Below, one piece after another: positions 41,843 through 51,781 of a stretch of DNA of 61,104 nucleotides. The notes beneath the pieces were generated by a model. It ran no database searches. It had not been told where the DNA came from and saw nothing but the letters and a program-made list of their open reading frames with translations. The first letter of the stretch is position 1. Each line of letters begins with the position of its first letter. The position numbers and the translations under genes were made by a program. The DNA comes from Rhodobacterales bacterium (GTDB lineage Bacteria > Pseudomonadota > Alphaproteobacteria > Rhodobacterales > Rhodobacteraceae): positions 45,388 through 106,491 of the forward strand of contig JAPLPF010000081.1 of NCBI GenBank assembly GCA_026400325.1, in the 5' to 3' direction.

Positions 41843-42157
41843 ATGGCATCCTACGCATGGGTTCTGGGCGTCCGCCCCGGCTGTGAAGACGAATACAGGC
41901 AGCGCCACGATGATCTGTGGCCCGAAATGGACGCGGCCCTGCGCGCCTCGGGCATCCGCAACTACCACATCTTCCGCCACGGACTTGCGCTGTTCGGCTA
42001 CTTTGAAACCGATGATCTGCAAGCCACCATCGCCTATCTGAAGACCGACCCGGTCAATGCCAGATGGTCGGAAAGCATGGCCCCGATCATGCAGATCGAC
42101 ATCGACAGCCGCACCGGCTTTCCCTTCCTTCTGCCCAAGCAATGGAGCCTTGATTGA
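41843..42157 (+). CDS. L-rhamnose mutarotase family protein
   Basis: EYRQRHDDLWPEM, GIRNYHIF, LFGYFE, W...M. Confidence 0.88.
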   Translation: MASYAWVLGVRPGCEDEYRQRHDDLWPEMDAALRASGIRNYHIFRHGLALFGYFETDDLQATIAYLKTDPVNARWSESMAPIMQIDIDSRTGFPFLLPKQWSLD

Positions 42158-42894
42158 AACCGCTGAACCTGACAGGCCGCCGCGCCCTAGTGACTGGCGG
42201 CAATCGCGGCATCGGCGCTGCAACCGTTCTGGCCCTGGCAAGGGCGGGTGCCAGCGTGACTTACACAGCACGTTCGGCCGGGTCGCTGAGTTCCGGGCCA
42301 GTTGGGCCGGGAATCACCGGGATTGTCGCCGACGCGACCGACCGGGCTGCAACGGTCTCGCTTCTGGCGCAGGGCTTTGACATCGTGGTGAACAATGCCG
42401 GCATCATCACCCCCATCGGGCGGCTGGACAGCGTGTCCATCGACGACTGGGACAGCAACATCCAGATCAACCTGATTTCCGCGTTCCATGTCACCCAGCA
42501 GGCCATCGTCCACCGCCCGGCATCGGGCGTGACGATCGTTCACCTGTCATCCGGTGCCGCCCGCAGCGCGATGGAGGGGTGGAGCGCCTATTGCGCCGGC
42601 AAGGCCGGCCTCGCGATGTTGACGCGCTCGGTCCATCTGGAGTTTGCCGATCACGGCGTTCGGGTCTTTGGATTTGCGCCGGGCGTGGTGGATACCGGCA
42701 TGCAGGGCAGCATCCGCGCCTCAGGCATAAACCCGGTGTCGAAGATCCCGCGCGAAAACCTCGCCCCGGTCGAGGTTCCGGCCTATGGCATCGCCTGGCT
42801 TGCCACCAGTGAGGCTGATGGCTTTGCCGGGCAGGAGGTTGATGTCCGCACCCCGGAATTCCGCGCCGCAAGTGGGTTGGAGTCTGCCCCATGA
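42154..42894 (+). CDS. SDR family oxidoreductase
   Basis: TGGNRGIG, NNAG, SSGAA, YCAGK, PGVVDT. Confidence 0.9.
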   Translation: MKPLNLTGRRALVTGGNRGIGAATVLALARAGASVTYTARSAGSLSSGPVGPGITGIVADATDRAATVSLLAQGFDIVVNNAGIITPIGRLDSVSIDDWDSNIQINLISAFHVTQQAIVHRPASGVTIVHLSSGAARSAMEGWSAYCAGKAGLAMLTRSVHLEFADHGVRVFGFAPGVVDTGMQGSIRASGINPVSKIPRENLAPVEVPAYGIAWLATSEADGFAGQEVDVRTPEFRAASGLESAP

Positions 42895-43850
42895 CCCGCA
42901 AAGTCGTTGTCACTGACGCCACCTTTCCCGACCTGGCGAAGGAAGAGGCCGCCGCCCGCGCCGCAGGGGCAAGTTTTGAACGCCACTCCTGCAAGACGGC
43001 CGACGAGGTTGCCGCTGCGATCCGGGGCGCTGATGTCGCCGTCGTGCAATTCGCCCCGCTGACCCGCGCCGCGATTGTCGGGCTGGCGCCCGGTGCCACA
43101 GCCATCCGCTACGGCGTCGGCTACAACAATTTCGATGTGCCCGCCCTGAACGACAACGCCGTGAAAGCCGCCTATGTCCCCGACTATTGCACCGCCGAGG
43201 TTGCCGACCACACCGCCGCCTCCGTCCTTGCCCTTTTGCGCAAGCTGCCTTCCCTCGACGCTTCGGTCCGTCGAAACGAATGGGCCGCCGTCGGCATCGC
43301 GAAACCTCTGAAAAGCTTTTCTGAAACCACCATCGGCTTTCTTGGCTTCGGCCGCATCGCGCAAGAGGTAGCCCGTCGTCTTGCCCCCTTCGGCTTTCAC
43401 TTCCTCGCCCATGATCCCTATTTCAGCGGCAGTTTTCCGCGCCTCGGCCTGACCGATCTGCCGGGCCTTCTGGCCGGGTCCGACGCGCTTACCCTTCACG
43501 CCCCGGCCACGGCGGAAACCACCGGCATCATCAACGCGGCCAACCTGGCGCTGATGAAATCGACCGCGGTGCTGGTCAACACCGCCCGTGGCGATCTGAT
43601 CGACGAGACCGCCCTGGCCGCCGCCCTGACCTCTGGCACCATCGCCGGGGCCGCGCTGGACGTCTTCCAGACCGAACCCCTGCCCGCTGACAACCCGCTG
43701 CGCACGGCACCGAACCTTCTGCTCGGGCCCCATGCCGCGTGGTATTCCGAAGTGGCGGTAGAGCGGCTACAAAGCCTTGTCGCCGATGAAATCACCCGTG
43801 CGCTGACGGGCCAGGGGGTGCGCAAACCCATCCCCGGCTCTACCGCCTGA
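42891..43850 (+). CDS. D-isomer-specific 2-hydroxyacid dehydrogenase
   Basis: GVGYNN, GFGRIA, NTARG, DVFQTEP, PHAAW. Confidence 0.9.
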   Translation: MTRKVVVTDATFPDLAKEEAAARAAGASFERHSCKTADEVAAAIRGADVAVVQFAPLTRAAIVGLAPGATAIRYGVGYNNFDVPALNDNAVKAAYVPDYCTAEVADHTAASVLALLRKLPSLDASVRRNEWAAVGIAKPLKSFSETTIGFLGFGRIAQEVARRLAPFGFHFLAHDPYFSGSFPRLGLTDLPGLLAGSDALTLHAPATAETTGIINAANLALMKSTAVLVNTARGDLIDETALAAALTSGTIAGAALDVFQTEPLPADNPLRTAPNLLLGPHAAWYSEVAVERLQSLVADEITRALTGQGVRKPIPGSTA

Positions 43851-43865
43851 CCAGAAGGAAACAGA

Positions 43866-44702
43866 ATGAAACTCCTCCGCTTCGGCCCGCGCGGCCAGGA
43901 AAAGCCCGGCCTTCTGGATGCGGATGGCCAGATCCGCGATCTTTCGGGCGTGATCGGTGATCTTGCGGGCGATGTGCTGACCAACCTTGATCGCCTGAAA
44001 TCCATCGACCCCGCCACCCTGCCAAAGGTCGAAGGCACCCCCCGCCTTGGCGCCTGCGTCGCCGGCACCGGAAAGTTCATCTGCATCGGCCTGAATTACG
44101 CCGACCACGCCGCTGAAAGTGGGATGCAAGTCCCGCCCGAGCCGGTGATCTTCATGAAGGCCACGTCCGCCATCTGTGGCCCGACCGACCCGATCCTGAT
44201 CCCCCGCGGTTCCCAAAAGACCGACTGGGAGGTCGAGCTTGGCGTCGTGATCGGCAGGCCGGGGAAGTACGTCTCCGAAGCCGACGCCCTGTCCCATGTC
44301 GCGGGCTACTGCGTGGTCAACGATGTGTCAGAGCGTGCCTTCCAGATGGAACGCGCCGGCCAGTGGACCAAGGGCAAGTCCTGCGACAACTTCGGCCAGA
44401 CCGGCCCCTGGCTGGTGACCCCGGACGAAGTTCCTGATCCGCAGAACCTGCCGATGTGGCTGACCGTCAACGGGACAAAGGTCCAGAACGGCTCTACCAG
44501 GACGATGGTTTACGGTGTGGCGCATCTTGTCAGCTACCTCAGCCAGTTCTTCACGCTTCACCCCGGCGACATCATCTCTACCGGCACGCCCCCCGGTGTC
44601 GGCCACGGGATGAAACCGCCGCGCTATCTGAAGGCCGGTGATGTTGTCGAACTGGGCATCGACGGCCTCGGCACTCAGAAACAGACCTGCGAGCAGGACT
44701 GA
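43866..44702 (+). CDS. Fumarylacetoacetate hydrolase family protein
   Basis: CIGLNYADH, DWEVEL, NDVSER, KGKSCD, GDIISTGTPPGVG. Confidence 0.92.
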   Translation: MKLLRFGPRGQEKPGLLDADGQIRDLSGVIGDLAGDVLTNLDRLKSIDPATLPKVEGTPRLGACVAGTGKFICIGLNYADHAAESGMQVPPEPVIFMKATSAICGPTDPILIPRGSQKTDWEVELGVVIGRPGKYVSEADALSHVAGYCVVNDVSERAFQMERAGQWTKGKSCDNFGQTGPWLVTPDEVPDPQNLPMWLTVNGTKVQNGSTRTMVYGVAHLVSYLSQFFTLHPGDIISTGTPPGVGHGMKPPRYLKAGDVVELGIDGLGTQKQTCEQD

Positions 44703-44703
44703 C

Positions 44704-45828
44704 ATGACCATCCGCAGCGTTCAGGCCATTCCGGTCGCCTACCCCGAACCGAATGACCATTCGCGACTGCGGTCGGTCTGCCTGGTGAAGATAACCACCG
44801 AAGACGGGGCGGTAGGCTGGGGCGAATGTTGCACCTACTTTACTGAGGCGTCCCGCGCCGCCAAGGCCCTGGTGGACGGGATGGCCGAACTTGTGGTGGG
44901 CCGCGACGAGATGCACATCCACGCCATCTGGCTGGCGCTGAAAGAGCATAGCTGGTGGTACGGCAACGGCGCGGGGATCGCCTCGCTGGCGATCTCCGGC
45001 ATCGACATCGCGTTGTGGGACCTCAAGGGCAAGATCCTGAACCGCTCGCTTCTCGACCTGCTTGGCGGCCCGGCCAATGCGAAGATGCCCGCTGTTGCCT
45101 CGATCCACGGCACCAAGGCCTCGATCCCGGCAATGGCCGAAGACATTCAGGGCTACCTTGCGGGCGGCATGCAGGGCGTCAAGATCGGCTTTGGCAAACG
45201 CGGTGACGCCCACCTTGGTTTTGACCACGCCCGTGATGTGGAGTTTGTCCGCAATGTCCGCGAGGCGATCGGCGACAAGCGCCTGATGATCGACCTTGGC
45301 ATCAAGAACTTCTGGGACGTCCCCACCGCCATCCAGCGTGCCCGTGCCTTCGAAACCTACGGTGTTCACTGGCTGGAAGAACCCTTGGGCGACCACGACC
45401 CCGAAGGTTACAAGGCGCTGCGCGCTGCTACCTCGCTGAAGATCGCCTACGGCGAAAAAGAGTGGAACCACAAAGGCGTTGAACGGATCGTGACCACCGG
45501 CACGGTCGACGTGGTCGGCCTTGATCCTGGCCGCATCGAAGGGATTACCGGCTTCCTCAAGGCGGCCGAGGTCTGCCATGCCCACCGCAGGCAGGCGAAC
45601 GCGCACAACTTCTCTACCGCGATCGTGTCTGCTGCCAGCCAGGCCCTGTCTTTCGCCTGCCCTGCCTGCAAGGAGCTGGAACTGCAACCCGTCTACGGCC
45701 CGGCCCAGGCGGATCTTGTCGACAAGCCCGTGTGGCACACGGACGGCTGGATCAACCTTCCCGAAGGCCCTGGCCTTGGCATCCAGATCAACGAAGACCT
45801 CGTCCAATCCGCAAGGCTGGACAAATGA
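44704..45828 (+). CDS. Mandelate racemase/enolase superfamily acid-sugar dehydratase
   Basis: GWGE, SGIDIALWDLKGK, metal ligands MID / LEEP / GE, His in NAHN, PEGPGLG. Confidence 0.9.
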   Translation: MTIRSVQAIPVAYPEPNDHSRLRSVCLVKITTEDGAVGWGECCTYFTEASRAAKALVDGMAELVVGRDEMHIHAIWLALKEHSWWYGNGAGIASLAISGIDIALWDLKGKILNRSLLDLLGGPANAKMPAVASIHGTKASIPAMAEDIQGYLAGGMQGVKIGFGKRGDAHLGFDHARDVEFVRNVREAIGDKRLMIDLGIKNFWDVPTAIQRARAFETYGVHWLEEPLGDHDPEGYKALRAATSLKIAYGEKEWNHKGVERIVTTGTVDVVGLDPGRIEGITGFLKAAEVCHAHRRQANAHNFSTAIVSAASQALSFACPACKELELQPVYGPAQADLVDKPVWHTDGWINLPEGPGLGIQINEDLVQSARLDK

Positions 45829-46589
45829 CCCATCTGGACTGGGGCCTTTCGGGCAAGACCGTGATCGTGACGGGCGCGACCGGTGCCATCGGTCGCGCGG
45901 TAGCTCAGGGCTTTGCCGAGGCCGGTGCCACCCTTGCGATTGTCGATCTCGACCAGGGCCAATGCAACACGACGGCGTTGTCGCTTGGTCTGGCGCATCG
46001 CGGCTACGGGGCGGACCTTCGGCAGATCGCGCAACTTCCCGCACTGGTCGCCCGAATCGAATCTGACCTTGGTCTTGCAACGACCCTCGTCAATATCGCA
46101 GGTGTCATCCTGCGCACGCCCGACCTTTTCACTGTGACTGAACAGGACTGGGATGCCCAGCATGACATCAATCTCAAGGCCCTGTTCTTCCTGACCCAGG
46201 CTTTTGCAAAACGGCTGGCCGACAGCGGCGTGCCAGGATCGGTTATCAATTACTCCAGCCAGGGCGCGCTATCGGGGGGTTTTGGCGGGTCGGTCGTCTA
46301 TAATGCCACCAAGGGCGCGATCACCACGATGACCCGTGGCATGGCGCGCAGCTGGGCGCCGCTTGGCATCCGGGTGAACGCCGTGGCCCCGGGCCTTGTC
46401 GACACGCCAATGCTGAAAACCCCGGGTCAGACCGCAGCCGAGCGTGACGCGATGATCCAGCAAATCCCGATGAAGCGCTTTGGCCTGCCGGACGACCACG
46501 TTGGGGCAACCGTCTTTCTTGCCTCGGACATGGCGGGTTACATGACCGGTGCGATGATCAATGTTTCCGGAGGCTTCCTGATGTATTGA
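45825..46589 (+). CDS. SDR family oxidoreductase
   Basis: TGATGAIG, YNATK, VNAVAPG, YMTG..INVSGG. Confidence 0.9.
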   Translation: MTHLDWGLSGKTVIVTGATGAIGRAVAQGFAEAGATLAIVDLDQGQCNTTALSLGLAHRGYGADLRQIAQLPALVARIESDLGLATTLVNIAGVILRTPDLFTVTEQDWDAQHDINLKALFFLTQAFAKRLADSGVPGSVINYSSQGALSGGFGGSVVYNATKGAITTMTRGMARSWAPLGIRVNAVAPGLVDTPMLKTPGQTAAERDAMIQQIPMKRFGLPDDHVGATVFLASDMAGYMTGAMINVSGGFLMY

Positions 46590-46598
46590 CCGCAAGGG

Positions 46599-46657
46599 CT
46601 TTCATCTTTGTCCAGATATCCCATGGGGAGCGCGAGGGGTGTGAAAACCCTCGCTCG
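46599..46657 (+). repeat. Small intergenic repeat element, copy 2, with trailing hairpin (possible bidirectional terminator)
   Basis: CTTTCATCTTTGTCCAGATATCCC followed by stem GCGAGGG/CCCTCGC, between convergent genes. Confidence 0.55.
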
Positions 46658-46665
46658 CCGCCGGA

Positions 46666-47277
46666 TCAATGCGAAAGCGCCTGATCGCCCCAAAGCTCCT
46701 TGACCCGCGCATCCCGCCCGCAGGACTCGCGATAGAACTTGTAGGCGTTGGACTGCTTCTTCGGCCCGGCGCGGGTCAGGATGATCCCCGTGCCCTTGTA
46801 ATAGTCCTGATGATAGTCCTCGGCGATCCAGAAGCGGCCCGCCTCCAGCACGGGCGTAACCACTGTGGCACCCAAAGCTGTCCCGGCCTCGGCCACCGCC
46901 GTTTCCGCCGCCGCCCTTTGCGCCGCGTCAGACACGAAGATCGCCGTGCGGTAGGCATCGCCCCGGTCGCAGAACTGCCCGCCCGCATCCAGAACATCGA
47001 CCGACCTCAGAAACTTGGCGATCAGCGCGTCATAGGAAATCACGGCGCTGTCAAAGGTGATCTCCACCGCCTCGAAATGGCCTTCGTGGTTCCCGTAGGT
47101 CGGGTTTTCAAGGCTGCCGCCGGTATAGCCAGAGACGACGTCCAGCACTCCTTCAACCTGCTCGAAATCCGATTCCACGCACCAGAAGCAGCCACCTGCG
47201 ACGACTGCCTTCTGTACCTCTGCGCCGGCCGCTCCCTTGAGTGCCAGCGCCAACGCGCCCGCAAGTTTCCACATCAT
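46666..47277 (-). CDS. msrA: Peptide-methionine (S)-S-oxide reductase, probably exported
   Basis: [33 protein letters not shown]; short hydrophobic N-terminus. Confidence 0.9.
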   Translation of the reverse strand: MMWKLAGALALALKGAAGAEVQKAVVAGGCFWCVESDFEQVEGVLDVVSGYTGGSLENPTYGNHEGHFEAVEITFDSAVISYDALIAKFLRSVDVLDAGGQFCDRGDAYRTAIFVSDAAQRAAAETAVAEAGTALGATVVTPVLEAGRFWIAEDYHQDYYKGTGIILTRAGPKKQSNAYKFYRESCGRDARVKELWGDQALSH

Positions 47278-47347
47278 CCCGCTCCTTTGGTTGTCGCCCA
47301 AAGGCTGGTCCGCTTCGATGTTCGGGTCCACTCACCCTGACGTGATC

Positions 47348-48508
47348 TCACGCAGGGGTGATGGCCTGAAACCGCCCTGCCGCCGCCAACCCCGCCCAGC
47401 GCCCCGTCGCCCAGGCGGCGGTCAGAAGGTAGCCGCCGGTCGGTGCCTCCCAATCCAGCATTTCGCCACAGACAAAGACTCCCGGCAGGGCCATCAACTC
47501 CAGACCGTCCGTGACCGCGCCCCATTCCACACCGCCTGCCACCGAAATGGCCTCGTCCAGAGGTGCCGGCCCGGCCAGCGGGATCGGCAGATGCTTCAGC
47601 CGGTCCAGCGGCGTGTCGCGCGAAAGCTCCATGACCAGGGCAACTTGTGCCTTGCCCAGCCCGAGTTTGCGCAACCGGTTCACCGTGCTTTCCCCGGGGC
47701 GCATCGCCTGCAACCGTCGCGTGACCTCTGCCTTGGTCAGATCGGGCAAAAGGTCCAGCGCCAGTGTGGCGCCTTCCCGCATCGTGCTGGACAGGGCATA
47801 AACCCCACCCCCTTCTATCCCTTGCGACGAGATGACGAACTCGCCACGGGTCCGCCGGTCGCCAGCCATCAGTGCAACGCCCTTCACCGGCTGACCGAAC
47901 ATGGGGGCCATCTTCGCCGACCAGTTTACCCGAAACCCCATGTTCGCGGGTTTCCACGGCGCGATCTGCACCCCTTTGTCCTGCAGCCAAGGCACCCAGG
48001 CCCCGTCCGACCCCAGCCGCGACCAGCTTGCACCGCCAAGGGCCAGTACCGTGACCGCCGGTTGCAGGACCTGCCGGCCCTCTGGCGTGTCGAACAGGAA
48101 TCCATCGCCCTGAAACCCCGCCCAGCGCCAGCGGGTGCGGATCGCAACGCCCATCCCGTCCAGCCGACGGATCCAGGCCCTGAGCAGCGGAGACGCCTTC
48201 ATCGCCACCGGAAACACCCGCCCCGATGACCCGGTAAACACCTCTTGCCCCAGCGACCGGCACCACTCCTGCACCTCGGTCGGCCCGAAGGCGGCCAGTA
48301 TCGGCTGCAAGTCCGCTGTGTCGAAATGCCCGGTGAAGGCGGCAAGCGGTTCGTCCTTCGTCACGTTCAATCCGGACTTCCCGGCCATCAGGAACTTGCG
48401 CCCGACGGAAGGCTTGGCCTCGCAGACGGTGACGTTGACCCCTGCCTTTGCCAGCTCTTCCGCCGCCATCAGTCCCGCGGGCCCGGCCCCGATGACCAGC
48501 GCGTGCAA
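47348..48508 (-). CDS. HI0933/BaiN-like flavoprotein (TIGR03862-like)
   Basis: IGAGPAGLMAA, GRKFLMAGKSGLN, GRVFP, GEMLDWEAPTGGYLL. Confidence 0.88.
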   Translation of the reverse strand: MHALVIGAGPAGLMAAEELAKAGVNVTVCEAKPSVGRKFLMAGKSGLNVTKDEPLAAFTGHFDTADLQPILAAFGPTEVQEWCRSLGQEVFTGSSGRVFPVAMKASPLLRAWIRRLDGMGVAIRTRWRWAGFQGDGFLFDTPEGRQVLQPAVTVLALGGASWSRLGSDGAWVPWLQDKGVQIAPWKPANMGFRVNWSAKMAPMFGQPVKGVALMAGDRRTRGEFVISSQGIEGGGVYALSSTMREGATLALDLLPDLTKAEVTRRLQAMRPGESTVNRLRKLGLGKAQVALVMELSRDTPLDRLKHLPIPLAGPAPLDEAISVAGGVEWGAVTDGLELMALPGVFVCGEMLDWEAPTGGYLLTAAWATGRWAGLAAAGRFQAITPA

Positions 48509-48511
48509 ACC

Positions 48512-49459
48512 CTAGCCCTTCGCCCGGTGCGCGATACGCCCGATGGTGTTCAGCAGGATCTGAGCCGCCAGAATCGTCGTGGTGCCGGAATGGTCATAGT
48601 CCGGTGCCACCTCCACCAGGTCGATCCCGACGATTCGGCCTTGCCGGGTCAGCCCGTCGATCAGTTCCAGCACCTCATAATACAGGAACCCGCCGTGCGA
48701 CGGCGTGCCGGTGCCTGGGGCTATGGAGGGGTCGAACCCGTCGATGTCCAAGGTCAGATAGTAGTCCACCCCGGCAGGGATGCGGGCCAGCACGGCAGCG
48801 ACCCCCAGCTTGCGCACCTGCCGGACCGACAGGATGTCAGACCCCATGGCCCGGGCGGCATCATACCCGTCCTTCGATGTCGAACTGACGTTGCGAATTC
48901 CAAGTTGCGAAAGCCCCGTCACATGGTCCTGTTCCGCCGCGCGGCGCATCGGGTTGCCGTGGCCGTGGCGGACCCCGTGGCGCACATCGACAAAGTCCAG
49001 ATGCGCGTCGATCTGGACAATGTGGATAGGTCGCCCGGCAAAGGCCCGGATGCAGGGGATGTTGATCGAATGGTCGCCGCCAAGGACAACCGGAACCGCC
49101 CCGGCGGCAAGGATGGCGCGGACCCCGGCCTCGATGTTGGCATGGCTGGTTTCGGTATCGGTGTGGACGATGTCCGCGTCGCCGATATCCACGATGCGGA
49201 CGCCTTCAAGATAGGTCACGTCGTCTTCATGGTCATAGGCCCCGGCGTGGCCAAAGGAAAACAGGGTCGACGCCTCGCGGATGCCCCGTGGTCCGAACCG
49301 CGCCCCGGCCCGCCACTGGGTGCCAAAGTCGAAAGGCGCGCCCATGACGGCAAAATCGGCGTCAATGGCTGACCAGTCCGGTTGATAAGGGTTTTTGCCG
49401 AAGGTCGAGATGCCGACGAAGGGCAGGTTCAGCCGCCCGCTGTCATAGCCGTGGCTCAT
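48512..49459 (-). CDS. speB: Agmatinase-family ureohydrolase
   Basis: GARFGP, GGDHS, DAHLD, DIDGFDPSIAPGTGTP, VEVAP. Confidence 0.85.
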   Translation of the reverse strand: MSHGYDSGRLNLPFVGISTFGKNPYQPDWSAIDADFAVMGAPFDFGTQWRAGARFGPRGIREASTLFSFGHAGAYDHEDDVTYLEGVRIVDIGDADIVHTDTETSHANIEAGVRAILAAGAVPVVLGGDHSINIPCIRAFAGRPIHIVQIDAHLDFVDVRHGVRHGHGNPMRRAAEQDHVTGLSQLGIRNVSSTSKDGYDAARAMGSDILSVRQVRKLGVAAVLARIPAGVDYYLTLDIDGFDPSIAPGTGTPSHGGFLYYEVLELIDGLTRQGRIVGIDLVEVAPDYDHSGTTTILAAQILLNTIGRIAHRAKG

Positions 49460-50076
49460 GGCTTGTCTCCCTGGGTCATGCGCTTCAAGGCCGCGACATG
49501 GGATTGATCTGCCGCCAGCGCGTCGGCTGCAAGGGCCATTGCCTGATCCATCAAGGCGTCTGACGCGACGATCCGGTCGATCAGACCCCAGACCAACGCC
49601 TCATCCGCGCCGATCCGCTGACCGGCGAGAAGGATCAGCTTCGCGCGCGACGGGCCGATCAAAGTTGCCAACCGCCCCGGGTCGGATGGCTGCGGGCGGT
49701 GGCCAAGCCGCATGACCGGGTAGAAGAATTGCGCCCCCGGCACGGCAATCCGAAGATCGCAGGCCAGCGCCATTCCCATCGCACCACCGGCAAGTGTGCC
49801 ATTCAGCGCCGCGATGGTCAGGCCGGGAAAGCTGGCGATGGCCGAAGACAGCCGCTCCCACATCGGGTTCTGGCCAAGGCCCGCCTTCATCTCGTCAAGG
49901 TCGGCCCCGGCGGAAAAGACACGGCCCTCGCCCGTCAGGATCAGCGCGCGCGACCCTGCCGCGTCGGCAACCGCCAGCTCCAGCGCCTCCAGCATGGCTG
50001 CGGTCAGCGCGTTCGCCTTTTCGGGGCGCGCCAGCCGCAGGATGCTGCAGCCGCCAATGTGACTTGCGCTGATCAA
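49456..50076 (-). CDS. Enoyl-CoA hydratase/isomerase family protein
   Basis: RPEKANAL, FSAGADL, GGAMGMALACDLR; TTG start at 50076 after GGAGA. Confidence 0.85.
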   Translation of the reverse strand: MISASHIGGCSILRLARPEKANALTAAMLEALELAVADAAGSRALILTGEGRVFSAGADLDEMKAGLGQNPMWERLSSAIASFPGLTIAALNGTLAGGAMGMALACDLRIAVPGAQFFYPVMRLGHRPQPSDPGRLATLIGPSRAKLILLAGQRIGADEALVWGLIDRIVASDALMDQAMALAADALAADQSHVAALKRMTQGDKP

Positions 50077-50185
50077 TTCTGTCTCCCCGGGCTGTCCAGA
50101 CCCTGGCGGACCTGTGGTTTTCCTTGACGCCTTGGCAGGTGATAGAAAGGATGCAGCACCGAATTCAACTGGAAAGGCATTGTTC

Positions 50186-51706
50186 ATGTCCCGGAAGCTG
50201 GTTTCTTCGACTGCGCTTGCGCTGATCTTTACTGCGACCGGGGCCATCGCGGCCGTGACGCCGGAAGACGTGTGGGAAAGCTGGCAAGCCTTTTCAACTG
50301 CCGCGGGGCAGGAACTGACCGTCGGCAGCGCCGCCCGCAACGGCGACACGCTGGAGGTGAAGGGCCTGGTTGTCACCTTCAAGGACGATCTTGGTGGCAG
50401 TTTTTCGGCAAGCATCGACACACTGAACTTCAAGGACAACGGCGACGGCACCGTCGCGGTCACCATGGCCGACAGCTATCCGATGTCGCTGGCTTTTCCT
50501 CCGGGCGACGAAGGGCCATCCTCGATCAAGTTGACGGTCACTCAGCCTGGACTGGCGATCACGGCAGGCGGCACCGCTGCCGAGACGAAATATGATTTTG
50601 CCGCCCCGACGGTTTCAGTGACGCTTGACGAAGTGAAGGATCAGTCCGGCACCGTCATGGAAACCGAGGCGACCCTGGTGATGACAGAGACAACAGCCAG
50701 CTATCTTGTCGCGCGGACAGGTGACACCACCGCCCTGGACAGCACTTTTGCCGCCAAGGCGCTGGCGCTGAACCTGTCCGGGAAAGATGCGGCGGGGCCG
50801 GGCGATCAGATTTCTGATGGCACCGTCACCCTGGCGCTGGCCGACATTGCCGGGGCAACCAAGGGCAACTTCCTGGGTGCAGAGATCATGGCCAACATGG
50901 CCACCGCGCTGAATGAAGGATTCACCTCCGATTCGTCGATGTCCTTTGGCACAATGACGCTGGCGGTGGACGTGACCGATGCCGCCGGGCCGACCGTCGT
51001 CAACGCCACGGCCGGGGGTGGCAGTTTCGTGCTGGCGGTGGACAAGACCCGCGTGAACTATGGCACCTCGCTGAAAGGCGCGAACATTACCGTGTCCGGC
51101 GCCGAGATCCCCTTTCCGGAAGTCGCCGTTGCCTTTGGCGAATATGCCTTCAACGTGCTGATGCCCGCGTCAAAATCCGACACGCCGCAAGAGTTTTCCT
51201 TCCTGACAAAGCTGGTGGATCTGACCGTATCCGAAGATGTCTGGGGCCTTTTTGACCCGGCCGCCACGCTGTCACGCGAACCGGCCACCCTGATCATTGA
51301 CACCAAGGGCACCGGTCGCTGGCTTCAGGACATCATGGACCCGAACCTGCAGACCGACGGAATGGAACCCCCTGGAGAGCTGACGTCGCTTGACCTCACC
51401 CAACTTCTGGTCAAGGCGGCCGGGGCCGAGGTCGGGGCAACGGGTGCAGTAACGGTGGACAACAGCGGCCAGACCACGTTTCAGGGCATGCCTGCGCCAA
51501 CCGGCCAGATCAACGTCACCATCAAGGGCGTGAACAAGCTGGTCGACAACCTGATCGCAATGGGCCTTCTGCCCGATGATCAGGCGATGGGGTTCCGGAT
51601 GATGCTGGGCATGTTCACCCGTCCAGGTGCCGCTCCTGATGAAGTCACCAGTCTGATCGAATTCAAGGATGGTGGGCTTTTCGCCAACGGACAGCAGTTG
51701 CAGTAA
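50186..51706 (+). CDS. Exported DUF2125-like protein
   Basis: Signal peptide then VTPEDVWESWQ; C-terminal LVDNLIAMGLLP..AMGFRMMLGMF..ANGQ. Confidence 0.75.
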   Translation: MSRKLVSSTALALIFTATGAIAAVTPEDVWESWQAFSTAAGQELTVGSAARNGDTLEVKGLVVTFKDDLGGSFSASIDTLNFKDNGDGTVAVTMADSYPMSLAFPPGDEGPSSIKLTVTQPGLAITAGGTAAETKYDFAAPTVSVTLDEVKDQSGTVMETEATLVMTETTASYLVARTGDTTALDSTFAAKALALNLSGKDAAGPGDQISDGTVTLALADIAGATKGNFLGAEIMANMATALNEGFTSDSSMSFGTMTLAVDVTDAAGPTVVNATAGGGSFVLAVDKTRVNYGTSLKGANITVSGAEIPFPEVAVAFGEYAFNVLMPASKSDTPQEFSFLTKLVDLTVSEDVWGLFDPAATLSREPATLIIDTKGTGRWLQDIMDPNLQTDGMEPPGELTSLDLTQLLVKAAGAEVGATGAVTVDNSGQTTFQGMPAPTGQINVTIKGVNKLVDNLIAMGLLPDDQAMGFRMMLGMFTRPGAAPDEVTSLIEFKDGGLFANGQQLQ

Positions 51707-51781
51707 CGGGGCCGGGCGCCACCCGCCCTTGCGCAACCGACCCTGCGGGGCTACCTCAGCCGGATAGCCAAGGGGCCCCGC

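Noticed and set aside
44578-46080. 500-aa minus-strand ORF
   Set aside because: Antisense shadow of the dehydratase and SDR genes.
34742-46589. Calling the locus the canonical rha or lsr (AI-2) operon
   Set aside because: No rhamnose isomerase, rhamnulokinase, aldolase, LsrK or LsrF; only the transporter and mutarotase are rha-like.
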